Positions 33,262 to 42,376 of a stretch of 64,000 nt of DNA are shown in pieces. Origin of the DNA: Steroidobacteraceae bacterium. GTDB lineage: Bacteria; Pseudomonadota; Gammaproteobacteria; Steroidobacterales; Steroidobacteraceae. Position 1 is the first letter of the stretch, and each line of letters opens with the position of its first letter. Under the pieces are notes generated by a model. That model saw only the letters and a program-made list of their open reading frames with translations. It did no database searches and was not told where the DNA came from. A program made the translations under genes and the position numbers. The stretch lies in NCBI GenBank assembly GCA_049840395.1, contig JASGLD010000001.1:612366-676365 (forward strand). The letters run 5' to 3'.

Positions 33262-35370
33262 TCACTGTTTAACGAACGTTATGCTGTCGACCCATGCAGC
33301 ATCGGCGCCCGAACTTCCGCTGCTGTCTTTCTGATATCGCCATTCAACATCATGCATGCCGAACGTGAGCGTTACCGTCTGTCGAGTCCATTGACCATTG
33401 GTTGCAATCAGGGATGTCCATTCCGAACCATCGATAAACAGCATCAGCCGATCGCAGCAACTCTCGGCATCAACTTTGGCGTAGTAACTGAGCTGGCCGG
33501 CCGAGAAGGGGGCTCGAAATCGAATGCTGCTGTATTGCGAGTTGCCGACCGCTCCGGATCGGATGCTCTTGGAGCCGGCATAAGCCGTTGTGGAATCGAG
33601 AATCCAACCGGCGCTGCTGTCTCTAGGTACGCTCCAGCCCGCCGCGCTGGAATTGGTTTCAAAAGATTCGCTGTAATTGACGAGAGGTTGCGGCAGCACT
33701 GACGAGTTATTGGGATCGCCGCCGAATAGCACTTCATCCTGGTCGTTATAGCCATCGCCGTCCGTATCTTTGTTCCAGGGATTGGTGTGATAGGTGATCA
33801 CTTCTTCCTTATCGTTCAAGTCATCGCCGTCGCTATCTGCTGCGGCCGGGTTGGTGGAGTAAGTGACAATCTCCTGATAGTCGGTGAGTCCATCAGCATC
33901 CGAGTCGACCAGCGTGGGATTGGAGTTGTGCAGATACTCCGCTGCATTGCTGACACCATCGCCATCCAAATCGGTGAGTGCATCTGCCGCATTCGAATCG
34001 CTGAAGCCATACAGCTGCTCCCACCACTTCGGCATCGAATCCTGATCTTGATCGCTGAAAGCCAGCTTGGTGAATGTGGTTGTATTGTTCACCACCTGTA
34101 CCAGATAGGCCTCTGATTGGCCGAATACCAGTCGAATGGGCTGCCCTGAGTACTGGTAGCTCGCCAGCACTGCGCGGCTGTCTTTATCTCGTATCTCAAC
34201 CAGATCGTAGATATCGAGGCTAACCAGTACGTTATCTTTCCATGCAACGTCCTTGATGGTCCGGCCCAGGTTTGCCGACCACGTCAGTCCGTTCTGGTTG
34301 TAGATGTCGCCGCTGCCGAGGAATACCTGCTGACCAGTGGGCGATACTCGGATCGGCGGTACGATGCTGTACGTCCCATGATAGGGCGTCTCACCGGCGG
34401 AGGTGATTTTGCCGGTGACCTGGTCGATCACTTCATAGTGAAGATCGGCGGGACTTTGGTCATCGCGGAAGAAGTAAACGCGCGAGTTCACCGCATCCCA
34501 CGCATACTCTCTCGAGTAGTAGTTCCACTCTTTCAGATCCATCAATATGCCGTTGCTGTTGAACACGTAGTGGCTCGACCATGCGCCGCTGGCGTCCTGT
34601 GCCAGCACGAACTTGCCCACTGCGGCTAAACCGTTTACAGCCAATGCGGTAGACGTGAAAGGAGTTTCGGCAGGGTTGCTCGATAGCACATCGATGTACT
34701 GAATGGCGCCGGTGCTATACCCCAGGTACAGCCGCTTATGGTCGCTCGAATAGGCCATCTTGGCAGGGGCGATCGTAGCGAAGCCTTGATTGATCCCGAC
34801 GATATAGGGATTGAGATAGGCGCCTGTCGCAATCGACCAGCGATATACGCGCTTGTTGGCAATGCTTAACAGATAGACCATATCGCCGTTGTTAATGACT
34901 TGGTCGGGTATGTAGTTCGGCACCGTGGCGCTGTAGTTACAGACCGTGCCATTGCCGTGCGACAGTAAGTAACAGGCCGAATCTTGTGGATAGGCATCCA
35001 GGCTCAACCCGGTGGTGCTGTCGCTCTGGCTCTTGCCGGCATTCCACGCATCTGGATAGCCGTCGTGATCGGTGTCCACCGATGCCGCTGCATCCAGGGG
35101 GAACGCATCCTGCGTGTTAGGTACACCATCGCCGTCGCTGTCGTCATTGGGGATGTAAGTATAAAACTGCACGGTGCCGTTATTGATGGTCAGTACCGCC
35201 ATCCTGGTATCCGAACCCACTACACGCAGTGCCTGGCCGGTATAGGTCAACTGTTCCAGATTGGTCAGGTTGGCTGCCAAACGTCGCAAGGTGGTTTGAC
35301 CGCTGGCCGTGGTCAGCGTTACCAGCGAGCCGTTGGCGGACCAGCGTGCATCGGTCACTTGCGATCCCAA
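33262..35370 (-). CDS. Distal part of a giant modular surface lipoprotein/adhesin gene; it reads through in frame from 38910 except for one TAA at 35473-35475
   Basis: Same frame as the upstream ORF. Module sequence (beta-propeller-like plus thrombospondin type-3 Ca-binding DxDxDGxxD repeats) continues uninterrupted. Ends in a unique ~170-aa C-terminal domain. Confidence 0.7.
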   Translation of the reverse strand: MGSQVTDARWSANGSLVTLTTASGQTTLRRLAANLTNLEQLTYTGQALRVVGSDTRMAVLTINNGTVQFYTYIPNDDSDGDGVPNTQDAFPLDAAASVDTDHDGYPDAWNAGKSQSDSTTGLSLDAYPQDSACYLLSHGNGTVCNYSATVPNYIPDQVINNGDMVYLLSIANKRVYRWSIATGAYLNPYIVGINQGFATIAPAKMAYSSDHKRLYLGYSTGAIQYIDVLSSNPAETPFTSTALAVNGLAAVGKFVLAQDASGAWSSHYVFNSNGILMDLKEWNYYSREYAWDAVNSRVYFFRDDQSPADLHYEVIDQVTGKITSAGETPYHGTYSIVPPIRVSPTGQQVFLGSGDIYNQNGLTWSANLGRTIKDVAWKDNVLVSLDIYDLVEIRDKDSRAVLASYQYSGQPIRLVFGQSEAYLVQVVNNTTTFTKLAFSDQDQDSMPKWWEQLYGFSDSNAADALTDLDGDGVSNAAEYLHNSNPTLVDSDADGLTDYQEIVTYSTNPAAADSDGDDLNDKEEVITYHTNPWNKDTDGDGYNDQDEVLFGGDPNNSSVLPQPLVNYSESFETNSSAAGWSVPRDSSAGWILDSTTAYAGSKSIRSGAVGNSQYSSIRFRAPFSAGQLSYYAKVDAESCCDRLMLFIDGSEWTSLIATNGQWTRQTVTLTFGMHDVEWRYQKDSSGSSGADAAWVDSITFVKQ

Positions 35371-35472
35371 CGATCCGGACCAGGTCAGTCCGTTCTGGTT
35401 ATAGATGTCGCCGCTACCGAGCAGAACGTACTGGCCGTTTACCGATACGCGAATGGGTGCCTGGATATTGTA

Positions 35473-38400
35473 TTAGCCGTGATAGGGTGTTTCGCCGGCA
35501 GAAGTAATTTTGCCGGTGACTTGATCGATCACTTCGTAGAGCAGATCGTTGGGGCTGATGCCATCGCGGAAGAAGTACACGCGCGAGTTCACCGCATCCC
35601 ATGCATGCTCGCTTGAGTAATAGCTCCCGGTTTGATCCGTCAGGACTTTACTGCTGTTGTATACGTAGTGATTTGCTGCATAGCTGCTGCCATCTTGAGC
35701 CAGCAAGAACTTGCCCGCAGCGACCAGGCCGGTTACGGCCATTGCCGTATTGGTAAACGGAATTTCGACTGGGCTGTTCGATAAGACGTCGATGTACTGA
35801 ATGGCACCCGTGCTATATCCCAAGTACAAGCGCTTGTGGTCACTTGAGTAAGCCATCTTGGTCGGTGCCAGCGTACTAAAGCCCTGATTGATGCCGACGA
35901 CATAGGGATTGAGATAGGCGCCTGTCGCAATCGACCAGCGATATACGCGCTTGTTGGCCGCGCTCAGCAGATAAATGGTGTCGCCATTATTGACGACCTG
36001 GTCCGGTACGTAATTAGGCAGAGTGGCGGCGTAGTTGCAGGTCGTGCCATTACCATGCTGAGGCAGGTAGCAAGCTGAGTCTTGCGGGTATGCATCCAAA
36101 CTCAATCCGGTGGTGCTATCGCTCTGGCTCTTGCCGGTGTTCCAGGCGTCTGGATAGCCGTCGTGATCGGTGTCCACCGATGCGGCAGGATCCAGTGGAA
36201 ACGCATCCTGCGTATTGGGTACACCATCGCCATCGCTATCGTCATTCGGGACATAGATATAGAACTGCACGGTGCCGTTATTAATGGTCAGCACCGCCAT
36301 CTTGGTATCCGAGCCCACGACACGCAGCGCCTGGCCGTTGTAAGTCAACTGTTCCAGGTTGGTTAAAGTGGATCCCAAGCGACGCAGTGTGGTCTGGTTG
36401 CTAGCTGTGGTCAGTGCCACCAGCGAGCCATTGGCGAACCAGCGTGCGTCGGTCACCTGCGATCCCAGCGAGCCCGACCAGGTCAATCCAGTTTGATTGT
36501 AAATATCGCCGCTGCCGAGCAGCACGTACTGACTGTTCGCTGATACTCGTATCGGCGGTTGGATGGAGTAAGCGCCATGATAGGGAGTCTCACCCACCGA
36601 GGTGATCTTGCCGGTGGTTTGATCGATCACTTCATAGTGCAGATCGTTGGGAACAGTGTCATCACGGAAGAAGTACACGCGGGAGGTGGTGGCATCCCAG
36701 GCATACTCTCTTGAGTAATAGTTCCAGTCTTTTTGATCGGTGACGACGGCATTGCGATCGAATATGTAGTGAGTCGCCCATGCGCCGCTGCTGTCCTGCG
36801 CCAGCACGTACTTGCCTACGGCCGTCAGACCACGGATGCTCATCGCCGTGCTGGCAAAGGGAATCTCCGCGACACTTGTCGAGGTCACATCAATGTATTG
36901 AATGGCGCCGGTGCTATACCCCAGGTACAGACGTTTGTGATCGCTGGAGTAAGCCATCTTGATGGGGGCCAGCGTGCTGAGGCCCTGATTGATGCCGACC
37001 ACATAGGGATTGAGATAGCTCGCAGTGGCAAGGGACCAGCGATACACGCGCTTGTTGGCGGTGCTTAGCAGATAAACCGTATCGCCATCGTTGATCACCT
37101 GATCCGGTATGTAATTGGGCATGGTGGCGCCGTAATTACAGTTCACGCCATCGCCATGCTGCGGTAGATAGCAGGCGGAATCTTTCGGATACGCATCCAG
37201 CGTCAAGCCGGTGGTGCTATCGCTCTGCGTTTTGCCGGGGTTCCAGCTATCCGGATAGCCATCCCCATCTGTGTCCAGCGATGCCGCAGGGTCCAGTGGG
37301 AATGCATCCTGCGTGTTGGGCACGCCATCGCCATCGCTGTCGTTATTGGGAATGTAAATATAAAACTGCACGGTGCTGTTATTGATCGTCAGCACCGCCA
37401 TCTTGGTGTCCGAACCCATTACGCGCAGCGCCTGGCCGTTGTAAGTCAACAGTTCCAGGTTGGTCAGAGTGGGCCCCAGGCGACGCAGCGTGGTCTTGTT
37501 GCTGGCTGTGGTCAGTGTCACCAGCGAGCCATTGGCGAACCAGCGTGCATCGGTTACTTGCGACCCCAGAGAGTCCGACCACGTCAATCCGGATTGGTTG
37601 TAAATATCGCCGCTGCCGAGCAGGACGTACTGACCATTCACCGACACGCGGATGGGCGGCAGGATGTTGTACGAGCCGTGATAGGGAGTTTCACCGGCGG
37701 AAGTAATCTTGCCGGTGACCTGGTCAATCACTTCATAGTGCAGATCGTTGGGACTTTGGGCATCGCGGAAGAAGTACACCCGTGAGTTGGCGGCATCCCA
37801 GGCGTACTCTCGTGAATAGTAGTTCCAGTCTTTTGAATCCGTCACCGTGCCAGTGCTATTGAACACATAGTGGGTTGCCCATGCACCGCTGCCGTCCTGC
37901 GCCAGCATGAACTTGCCCACGGCTGTCAGGCCACGAACGCTCAGTGCCGTACTGGCAAACGCGACTTCGGCGGTATTCGTGGACGTAACATCAATATATC
38001 GAATCGCCCCGTTGTCATAGCCAAGATACAAGCGCTTATGGTTGCTCGAGTAACTCATCGTGATTGGGGGCAAGCCATTGAAGCCGGTGGTATAGGCATC
38101 CAGATAGCGTTCTTGAGCAAGCGACCACCGAAAAATCAGGTTGTTGGCATTGTTCAATAGATAAACGATGTCTTGATCGTCATAAACCACTTTGTCAGGC
38201 ACATAGTTTGGCAGCTCGGACATGACCTCGAAGGTGCCGGCGACCGAACCGACGGTGACGCGCACCTGGGTTGTTTTCGCATAAGTTGCGGCCGCCTTTA
38301 CTCTGACGATCAATGTTTGCGCAGTACCGATCGTTCCGGCTGCGCTGGTAAACGATCCGCCATTGATTGAATACTCGCCGTTTTCAATGCTGATCGGCGC

Positions 38401-38910
38401 CGGAGCATTGGTGCCCGCAATGATTACGCTGTTCGATGTGATCCATGCGCCACGTATTGCGTTAAAGCTTTTTTGAAAAGAGAACGCATCGGGCGTGGTA
38501 TCTGCCTCCAGGGTGGTGGCAGTAAAGGTTGCGGATATGCCGCCCACAGTCAGCACGGCACTGCGCGCCGTAGAAAACTGATTCGAAGAAGTCAGGCGAA
38601 CTGTGATCTTCTGATTGTTGGTAACAGAGCCTGCGGCAGCGGTAAAAGCGCCGGCATCAATCGAATACTCTCCGCCTGTTATCGAAACCGGTGTGCTCGC
38701 ATCAATGCCGGAGATGACAGTCTCATTGGAGGTGACGGTGCTCGATAAGGCCGTTCCAGACTGGGCACTGAAGGAAAAAGCATTGGGTGTTGTATCTGGT
38801 GGGGCTGGGGTTTGACTCTGGCTGCTGCTCTCTCCACCAGCGCCGCCACCACAGCCAAACAGAAGAGCGAATAGTCCGAGCGCAATCAAACGAAAAATCA
38901 GCTTCGCCAT
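35473..38910 (-). CDS. Giant modular surface lipoprotein/adhesin, N-terminal 1145 aa
   Basis: Lipobox (LLFGCGGG). Two ~95-aa Ig-like domains, then ~330-aa modules with TSP3-type motifs (DSDGDGVPNTQDAFPLDPAASxDTDxDGYPD). The modules are nearly identical at nucleotide level. Confidence 0.8.
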   Translation of the reverse strand: MAKLIFRLIALGLFALLFGCGGGAGGESSSQSQTPAPPDTTPNAFSFSAQSGTALSSTVTSNETVISGIDASTPVSITGGEYSIDAGAFTAAAGSVTNNQKITVRLTSSNQFSTARSAVLTVGGISATFTATTLEADTTPDAFSFQKSFNAIRGAWITSNSVIIAGTNAPAPISIENGEYSINGGSFTSAAGTIGTAQTLIVRVKAAATYAKTTQVRVTVGSVAGTFEVMSELPNYVPDKVVYDDQDIVYLLNNANNLIFRWSLAQERYLDAYTTGFNGLPPITMSYSSNHKRLYLGYDNGAIRYIDVTSTNTAEVAFASTALSVRGLTAVGKFMLAQDGSGAWATHYVFNSTGTVTDSKDWNYYSREYAWDAANSRVYFFRDAQSPNDLHYEVIDQVTGKITSAGETPYHGSYNILPPIRVSVNGQYVLLGSGDIYNQSGLTWSDSLGSQVTDARWFANGSLVTLTTASNKTTLRRLGPTLTNLELLTYNGQALRVMGSDTKMAVLTINNSTVQFYIYIPNNDSDGDGVPNTQDAFPLDPAASLDTDGDGYPDSWNPGKTQSDSTTGLTLDAYPKDSACYLPQHGDGVNCNYGATMPNYIPDQVINDGDTVYLLSTANKRVYRWSLATASYLNPYVVGINQGLSTLAPIKMAYSSDHKRLYLGYSTGAIQYIDVTSTSVAEIPFASTAMSIRGLTAVGKYVLAQDSSGAWATHYIFDRNAVVTDQKDWNYYSREYAWDATTSRVYFFRDDTVPNDLHYEVIDQTTGKITSVGETPYHGAYSIQPPIRVSANSQYVLLGSGDIYNQTGLTWSGSLGSQVTDARWFANGSLVALTTASNQTTLRRLGSTLTNLEQLTYNGQALRVVGSDTKMAVLTINNGTVQFYIYVPNDDSDGDGVPNTQDAFPLDPAASVDTDHDGYPDAWNTGKSQSDSTTGLSLDAYPQDSACYLPQHGNGTTCNYAATLPNYVPDQVVNNGDTIYLLSAANKRVYRWSIATGAYLNPYVVGINQGFSTLAPTKMAYSSDHKRLYLGYSTGAIQYIDVLSNSPVEIPFTNTAMAVTGLVAAGKFLLAQDGSSYAANHYVYNSSKVLTDQTGSYYSSEHAWDAVNSRVYFFRDGISPNDLLYEVIDQVTGKITSAGETPYHG

Positions 38911-39061
38911 ACCTGCGGTTCCCAGCTTTTGCTTGCTTAATTATGTCCAAAAAATCCCAGCAAATTCCCGCGAAGCTTAGCACACAGATAATAAAGGTAA
39001 GCACTGCGACCGCCGGGTGTGGTGGCCGCAGAGCCGTGTGCGAAGTGTCATGCCAAGGTCA

Positions 39062-39418
39062 TCAACTCTGCGGCGGCGGACCCTCCATCACCTGGATGAT
39101 TTCGCACTTGCCGTCACCGGCAACGTCAAGAAAAGTCTTCACGTGCTTGACCAGTTCCTCGCGTGTACCGGCGCGCAGCAACGCATAACCGGCGGCGGGC
39201 ATCAGGCTCGATCCGGCCACCGGGCCATCTTCGACGGTAAACACGCCATTGCTGCGCACGACCTTCATGCCCGTGTTGCGCGATAGCAGGCCGCCGGTGG
39301 CGACCAGCACACCCGCTTTGCTCATGTCTTCAATCAGCTTGCCCATCTTGGCCATGTGTTCGGCACTGGGCGGGCCGCTGGGCGCAGCGGCGGGAGTGAA
39401 CAGGGAGAAGAATTGCAT
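39062..39418 (-). CDS. Small YciI-like/Dabb-fold protein (hypothetical)
   Basis: 118 aa. Weak resemblance to YCII-related domain proteins. Confidence 0.45.
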   Translation of the reverse strand: MQFFSLFTPAAAPSGPPSAEHMAKMGKLIEDMSKAGVLVATGGLLSRNTGMKVVRSNGVFTVEDGPVAGSSLMPAAGYALLRAGTREELVKHVKTFLDVAGDGKCEIIQVMEGPPPQS

Positions 39419-39619
39419 GGCGGCTCCTTGAATGATGTTGACTGATAGCTGACCTTCTTAAGGACGATTGAGGCAGCGTTGATCCGACATCGAATTAGAG
39501 ACCATGTTGATTCAGGTGATGACTTCCACATCTGCCTGCCGGCTCAACGTGCCCGTCATCAGATGGCCTTTGTGGGTGCCTATCTTAAAAATGACCTAGA
39601 GATGGGCAAGTAGACACAG

Positions 39620-39707
39620 CGTCATCCCCGCGCAGGCGGGGATCCAGCAATAAAGCGTCGCAACGCGACACATCTACTACTGGATGCCCGCCTGCGCGGG
39701 CATGACG
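39620..39707. repeat. ~90-bp TIR palindromic element, copy 2 (compensatory base changes relative to copy 1)
   Basis: CGTCATCCCCGCGCAGGCGGGGATCCAG...CTGGATGCCCGCCTGCGCGGGCATGACG. Confidence 0.7.
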
Positions 39708-39770
39708 GGTTCTGGTGCTTCAGCTATTAGAGATGGGTTTTAAACGTTCCGATAAAATGTCTACTGGCGT

Positions 39771-41444
39771 TCACGTCGCCTTGGCCGACAGCGCCGCCAG
39801 TTCCTCAAGGTCCAGATCGCGCTCCAACTCGTGTATCACGCGATCTTCGATCAGCCCCGAGCGATGCAGGCGCAGCAGTTCTGCACGGGCGGCTGCAACG
39901 GCTTCCAGCACCAGATCGAAATGCGCTTGTAACCTCGGCTGATATTCTTGCTCATTGCCTGCATAGTTCACCGATACCGATGCGCGCCGCTGATATCGCT
40001 CCAGCAATTGCGGATGCAGCAGCGTGCCATCTTCTGCATACGCGCGTGATTCCACCAATTTGAACTGCACCTGCGCCATCGCCGCTTCGGCCTGCGACAT
40101 GCTTAGCGGCGCAATTTTCGCTCCCGCTTCCGGTGGACGCAGCCAGCGAATCACCATTCCCAGTGTGGTGCCTTGCACCATCACCGTGACCAGAATCACC
40201 GCGAATGCCGTCATCAATATAAAGTCGCGACCGGGTATGTTGGCGGGCAAGCTCAGCGCCACGGCCAGCGTGACCACGCCACGCATGCCGGCCCAGCTGA
40301 GCACAATGGATGCGCGTGGGCCCATGGTTTCAAAGCGACGCCAACCCAGTTTGCGGCGCAGTGCGATCAGGCCATCGCAGGCGAAGATCCAGGCGAAGCG
40401 CGCCAGGGTGAGTGCCAGCAATATCCATAGAATAGGCACCGCCATCTGACGCGCCACCGTGCCGATGCCGCCGGCGCGATCCACTACCTCGCGCAGCGAC
40501 GAGCCGATCAGCATGAACACACTGGCTTCCAGTAGAAAAATCATCACCCGCCAGAATGACGTGCCGCGCATGCGAATGAGCGCCGAGAATACTTCGTGTT
40601 GATACCAGCCGCAGATCAGGCCGGCCACCACGGTGGCGATGACGCCAGAGACGTGTACTTGCTCAGCCAGAATGTACGCGGCCCAGCACAGCAGCACCGA
40701 GATGGCGATGACCAGGTCTTCATCCTCCAGCCGCTTCGCTACCCACACCCACACTGCCGCAATGACAGCGCCGACGGCCGCGCCGCCCAACGCCAGCAAG
40801 GCAAAACTGCCCAATGCATCCATCGTGCTGAACACGCCGGTGACCGCGGCGGCAACGGCGAAACGGAACAGCACCAGGCCGGTGGCATCATTCAACAAAC
40901 TCTCGCCTTCCAGCAGGATGGATAGCCGCTGCGGCAAACGCACTCGCTGCAATACCGCGCGCGCTGCAATCGCATCCGGTGGCGAAACAATCGCGCCCAA
41001 GGCGGCACAGGCGCCCCACGGCAGTGAGGGCAGTAGTGCATGCGTGACCACGGCGACGACCACGGTAGTGAACACCACCGCACCGATGGCCAGCGACAGA
41101 ATGCCAATGAGGTGACGCTTCAGATGTCGCAGCGGAATACCCCAGGCGCCATCCATCAACAAGGGCGGCAGGAAGATCACCAGCACCAATTCGGGGTCCA
41201 GCGAGATATTGGGCAGACCGGGAATGAAAGCCAGGCTGGCGCCGCCCACGATCAACGCCACCGCGGGCGGCAGGTTCAACCGATTCGCCAGATAGTGCAG
41301 CGCGATGATCGCAAACAGCATGGCGATCAGCAGCTCGAATAGTTCTGCCGCTTCCATTTCAACTCTCCCGGGGGCTTTGCTGCTAAGACTACCGCAAGCG
41401 CCTGCAAAAAGAGGGGAGGAGTGGATGTCATCCTCAAGAACCAT
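39771..41444 (-). CDS. Na+/H+ antiporter (CPA1/NhaP-type) with a C-terminal cytoplasmic domain
   Basis: 557 aa with ~12 TM helices and a cation/H+ exchanger-like pattern. Confidence 0.8.
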   Translation of the reverse strand: MVLEDDIHSSPLFAGACGSLSSKAPGRVEMEAAELFELLIAMLFAIIALHYLANRLNLPPAVALIVGGASLAFIPGLPNISLDPELVLVIFLPPLLMDGAWGIPLRHLKRHLIGILSLAIGAVVFTTVVVAVVTHALLPSLPWGACAALGAIVSPPDAIAARAVLQRVRLPQRLSILLEGESLLNDATGLVLFRFAVAAAVTGVFSTMDALGSFALLALGGAAVGAVIAAVWVWVAKRLEDEDLVIAISVLLCWAAYILAEQVHVSGVIATVVAGLICGWYQHEVFSALIRMRGTSFWRVMIFLLEASVFMLIGSSLREVVDRAGGIGTVARQMAVPILWILLALTLARFAWIFACDGLIALRRKLGWRRFETMGPRASIVLSWAGMRGVVTLAVALSLPANIPGRDFILMTAFAVILVTVMVQGTTLGMVIRWLRPPEAGAKIAPLSMSQAEAAMAQVQFKLVESRAYAEDGTLLHPQLLERYQRRASVSVNYAGNEQEYQPRLQAHFDLVLEAVAAARAELLRLHRSGLIEDRVIHELERDLDLEELAALSAKAT

Positions 41445-41525
41445 TGAAGGTGCGGTAATCCGACAGCCTGCATCGTGTCGACTTGATAAGTTTTCGGTGC
41501 CGGGTGGCTTGGCCTATTTATTGAT

Positions 41526-42323
41526 ATGCCTGGGTCCAATGCCGGCGCTGTTTTCTTGGTAGTCATCCAGCTTGAGACGCATCCAATGACCCAATCCCTA
41601 TCCACCCGCTTCCCCCTCACCGCCAAGTACGATCCCAACTGGATTCGCGACAACGCCATGGGCGAGAACGCGCTATGCCAGGTTGAATCGCTGGCGCGAC
41701 GCCTGCCGCTGCGTCCCGGCATGCGCATTCTGGATCTCGGCTGCGGCAAGGCAACCAGTTCGATTTTCATGGCGCGTGAATTCGGTGTGCAGGTGTGGGC
41801 GGTGGATGAGGGCACCTCGCCCACCGAGAACCGCAAACGCGCCCTCGACATGGACTGCGAGACCAATGTGTTGCCGCTGCGGCTGGATGCGCACCATCTG
41901 CCCTTCGCCAAAGAAAGCTTCGATGCCGTGATCGCCATCGACTCGTACCTCTACTACGGCACGGATGATCGCTACCTGGCCTATATCGCGCAGTTCATCA
42001 AGCCCGGCGGCTTCATCGGCATCGTGGACATTGCCTTCACCCGCGAGCTGTACGGCATCGACGATGCGCCGCCGTTCCTGCGTGCGCAGTACGCCAAACA
42101 TTGGTCCTATGTACACAGCATCGACTGGTGGCGGAACCACTGGGAGAAAACCGGACTGGTGGAAGTGCAATGCGCCGAGCTGCTACCCGAGAGCGATGAG
42201 CTGCTGCGCGACTACGTGCTGGATCGTCCGCCCGAGCAGGATGAGGATTCGATCATGCGCGCGGTGCCGCGCGATCATGAGGGGTTGCTGGCGTTGTTTT
42301 GTTTGGTGGGGCGGAAGGGTTAG
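41526..42323 (+). CDS. Class I SAM-dependent methyltransferase
   Basis: Motif I (ILDLGCGKA) and post-I acidic residues. Genome-typical GC. Confidence 0.8.
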   Translation: MPGSNAGAVFLVVIQLETHPMTQSLSTRFPLTAKYDPNWIRDNAMGENALCQVESLARRLPLRPGMRILDLGCGKATSSIFMAREFGVQVWAVDEGTSPTENRKRALDMDCETNVLPLRLDAHHLPFAKESFDAVIAIDSYLYYGTDDRYLAYIAQFIKPGGFIGIVDIAFTRELYGIDDAPPFLRAQYAKHWSYVHSIDWWRNHWEKTGLVEVQCAELLPESDELLRDYVLDRPPEQDEDSIMRAVPRDHEGLLALFCLVGRKG

Positions 42324-42334
42324 TGATTGCAAAT

Positions 42335-42362
42335 ACCCCCGGCCCGGCGATGTTGCTTATCG
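42335..42362. repeat. Truncated right end of the ~150-bp cassette-array repeat (AAATACCCCCGGCCCGGCGATGTT), marking the left edge of the accessory island
   Basis: Same terminal motif as repeat copies A, B and D. It sits 12 bp after the methyltransferase stop. Confidence 0.55.
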
Positions 42363-42376
42363 AAGATATTGCTCCG

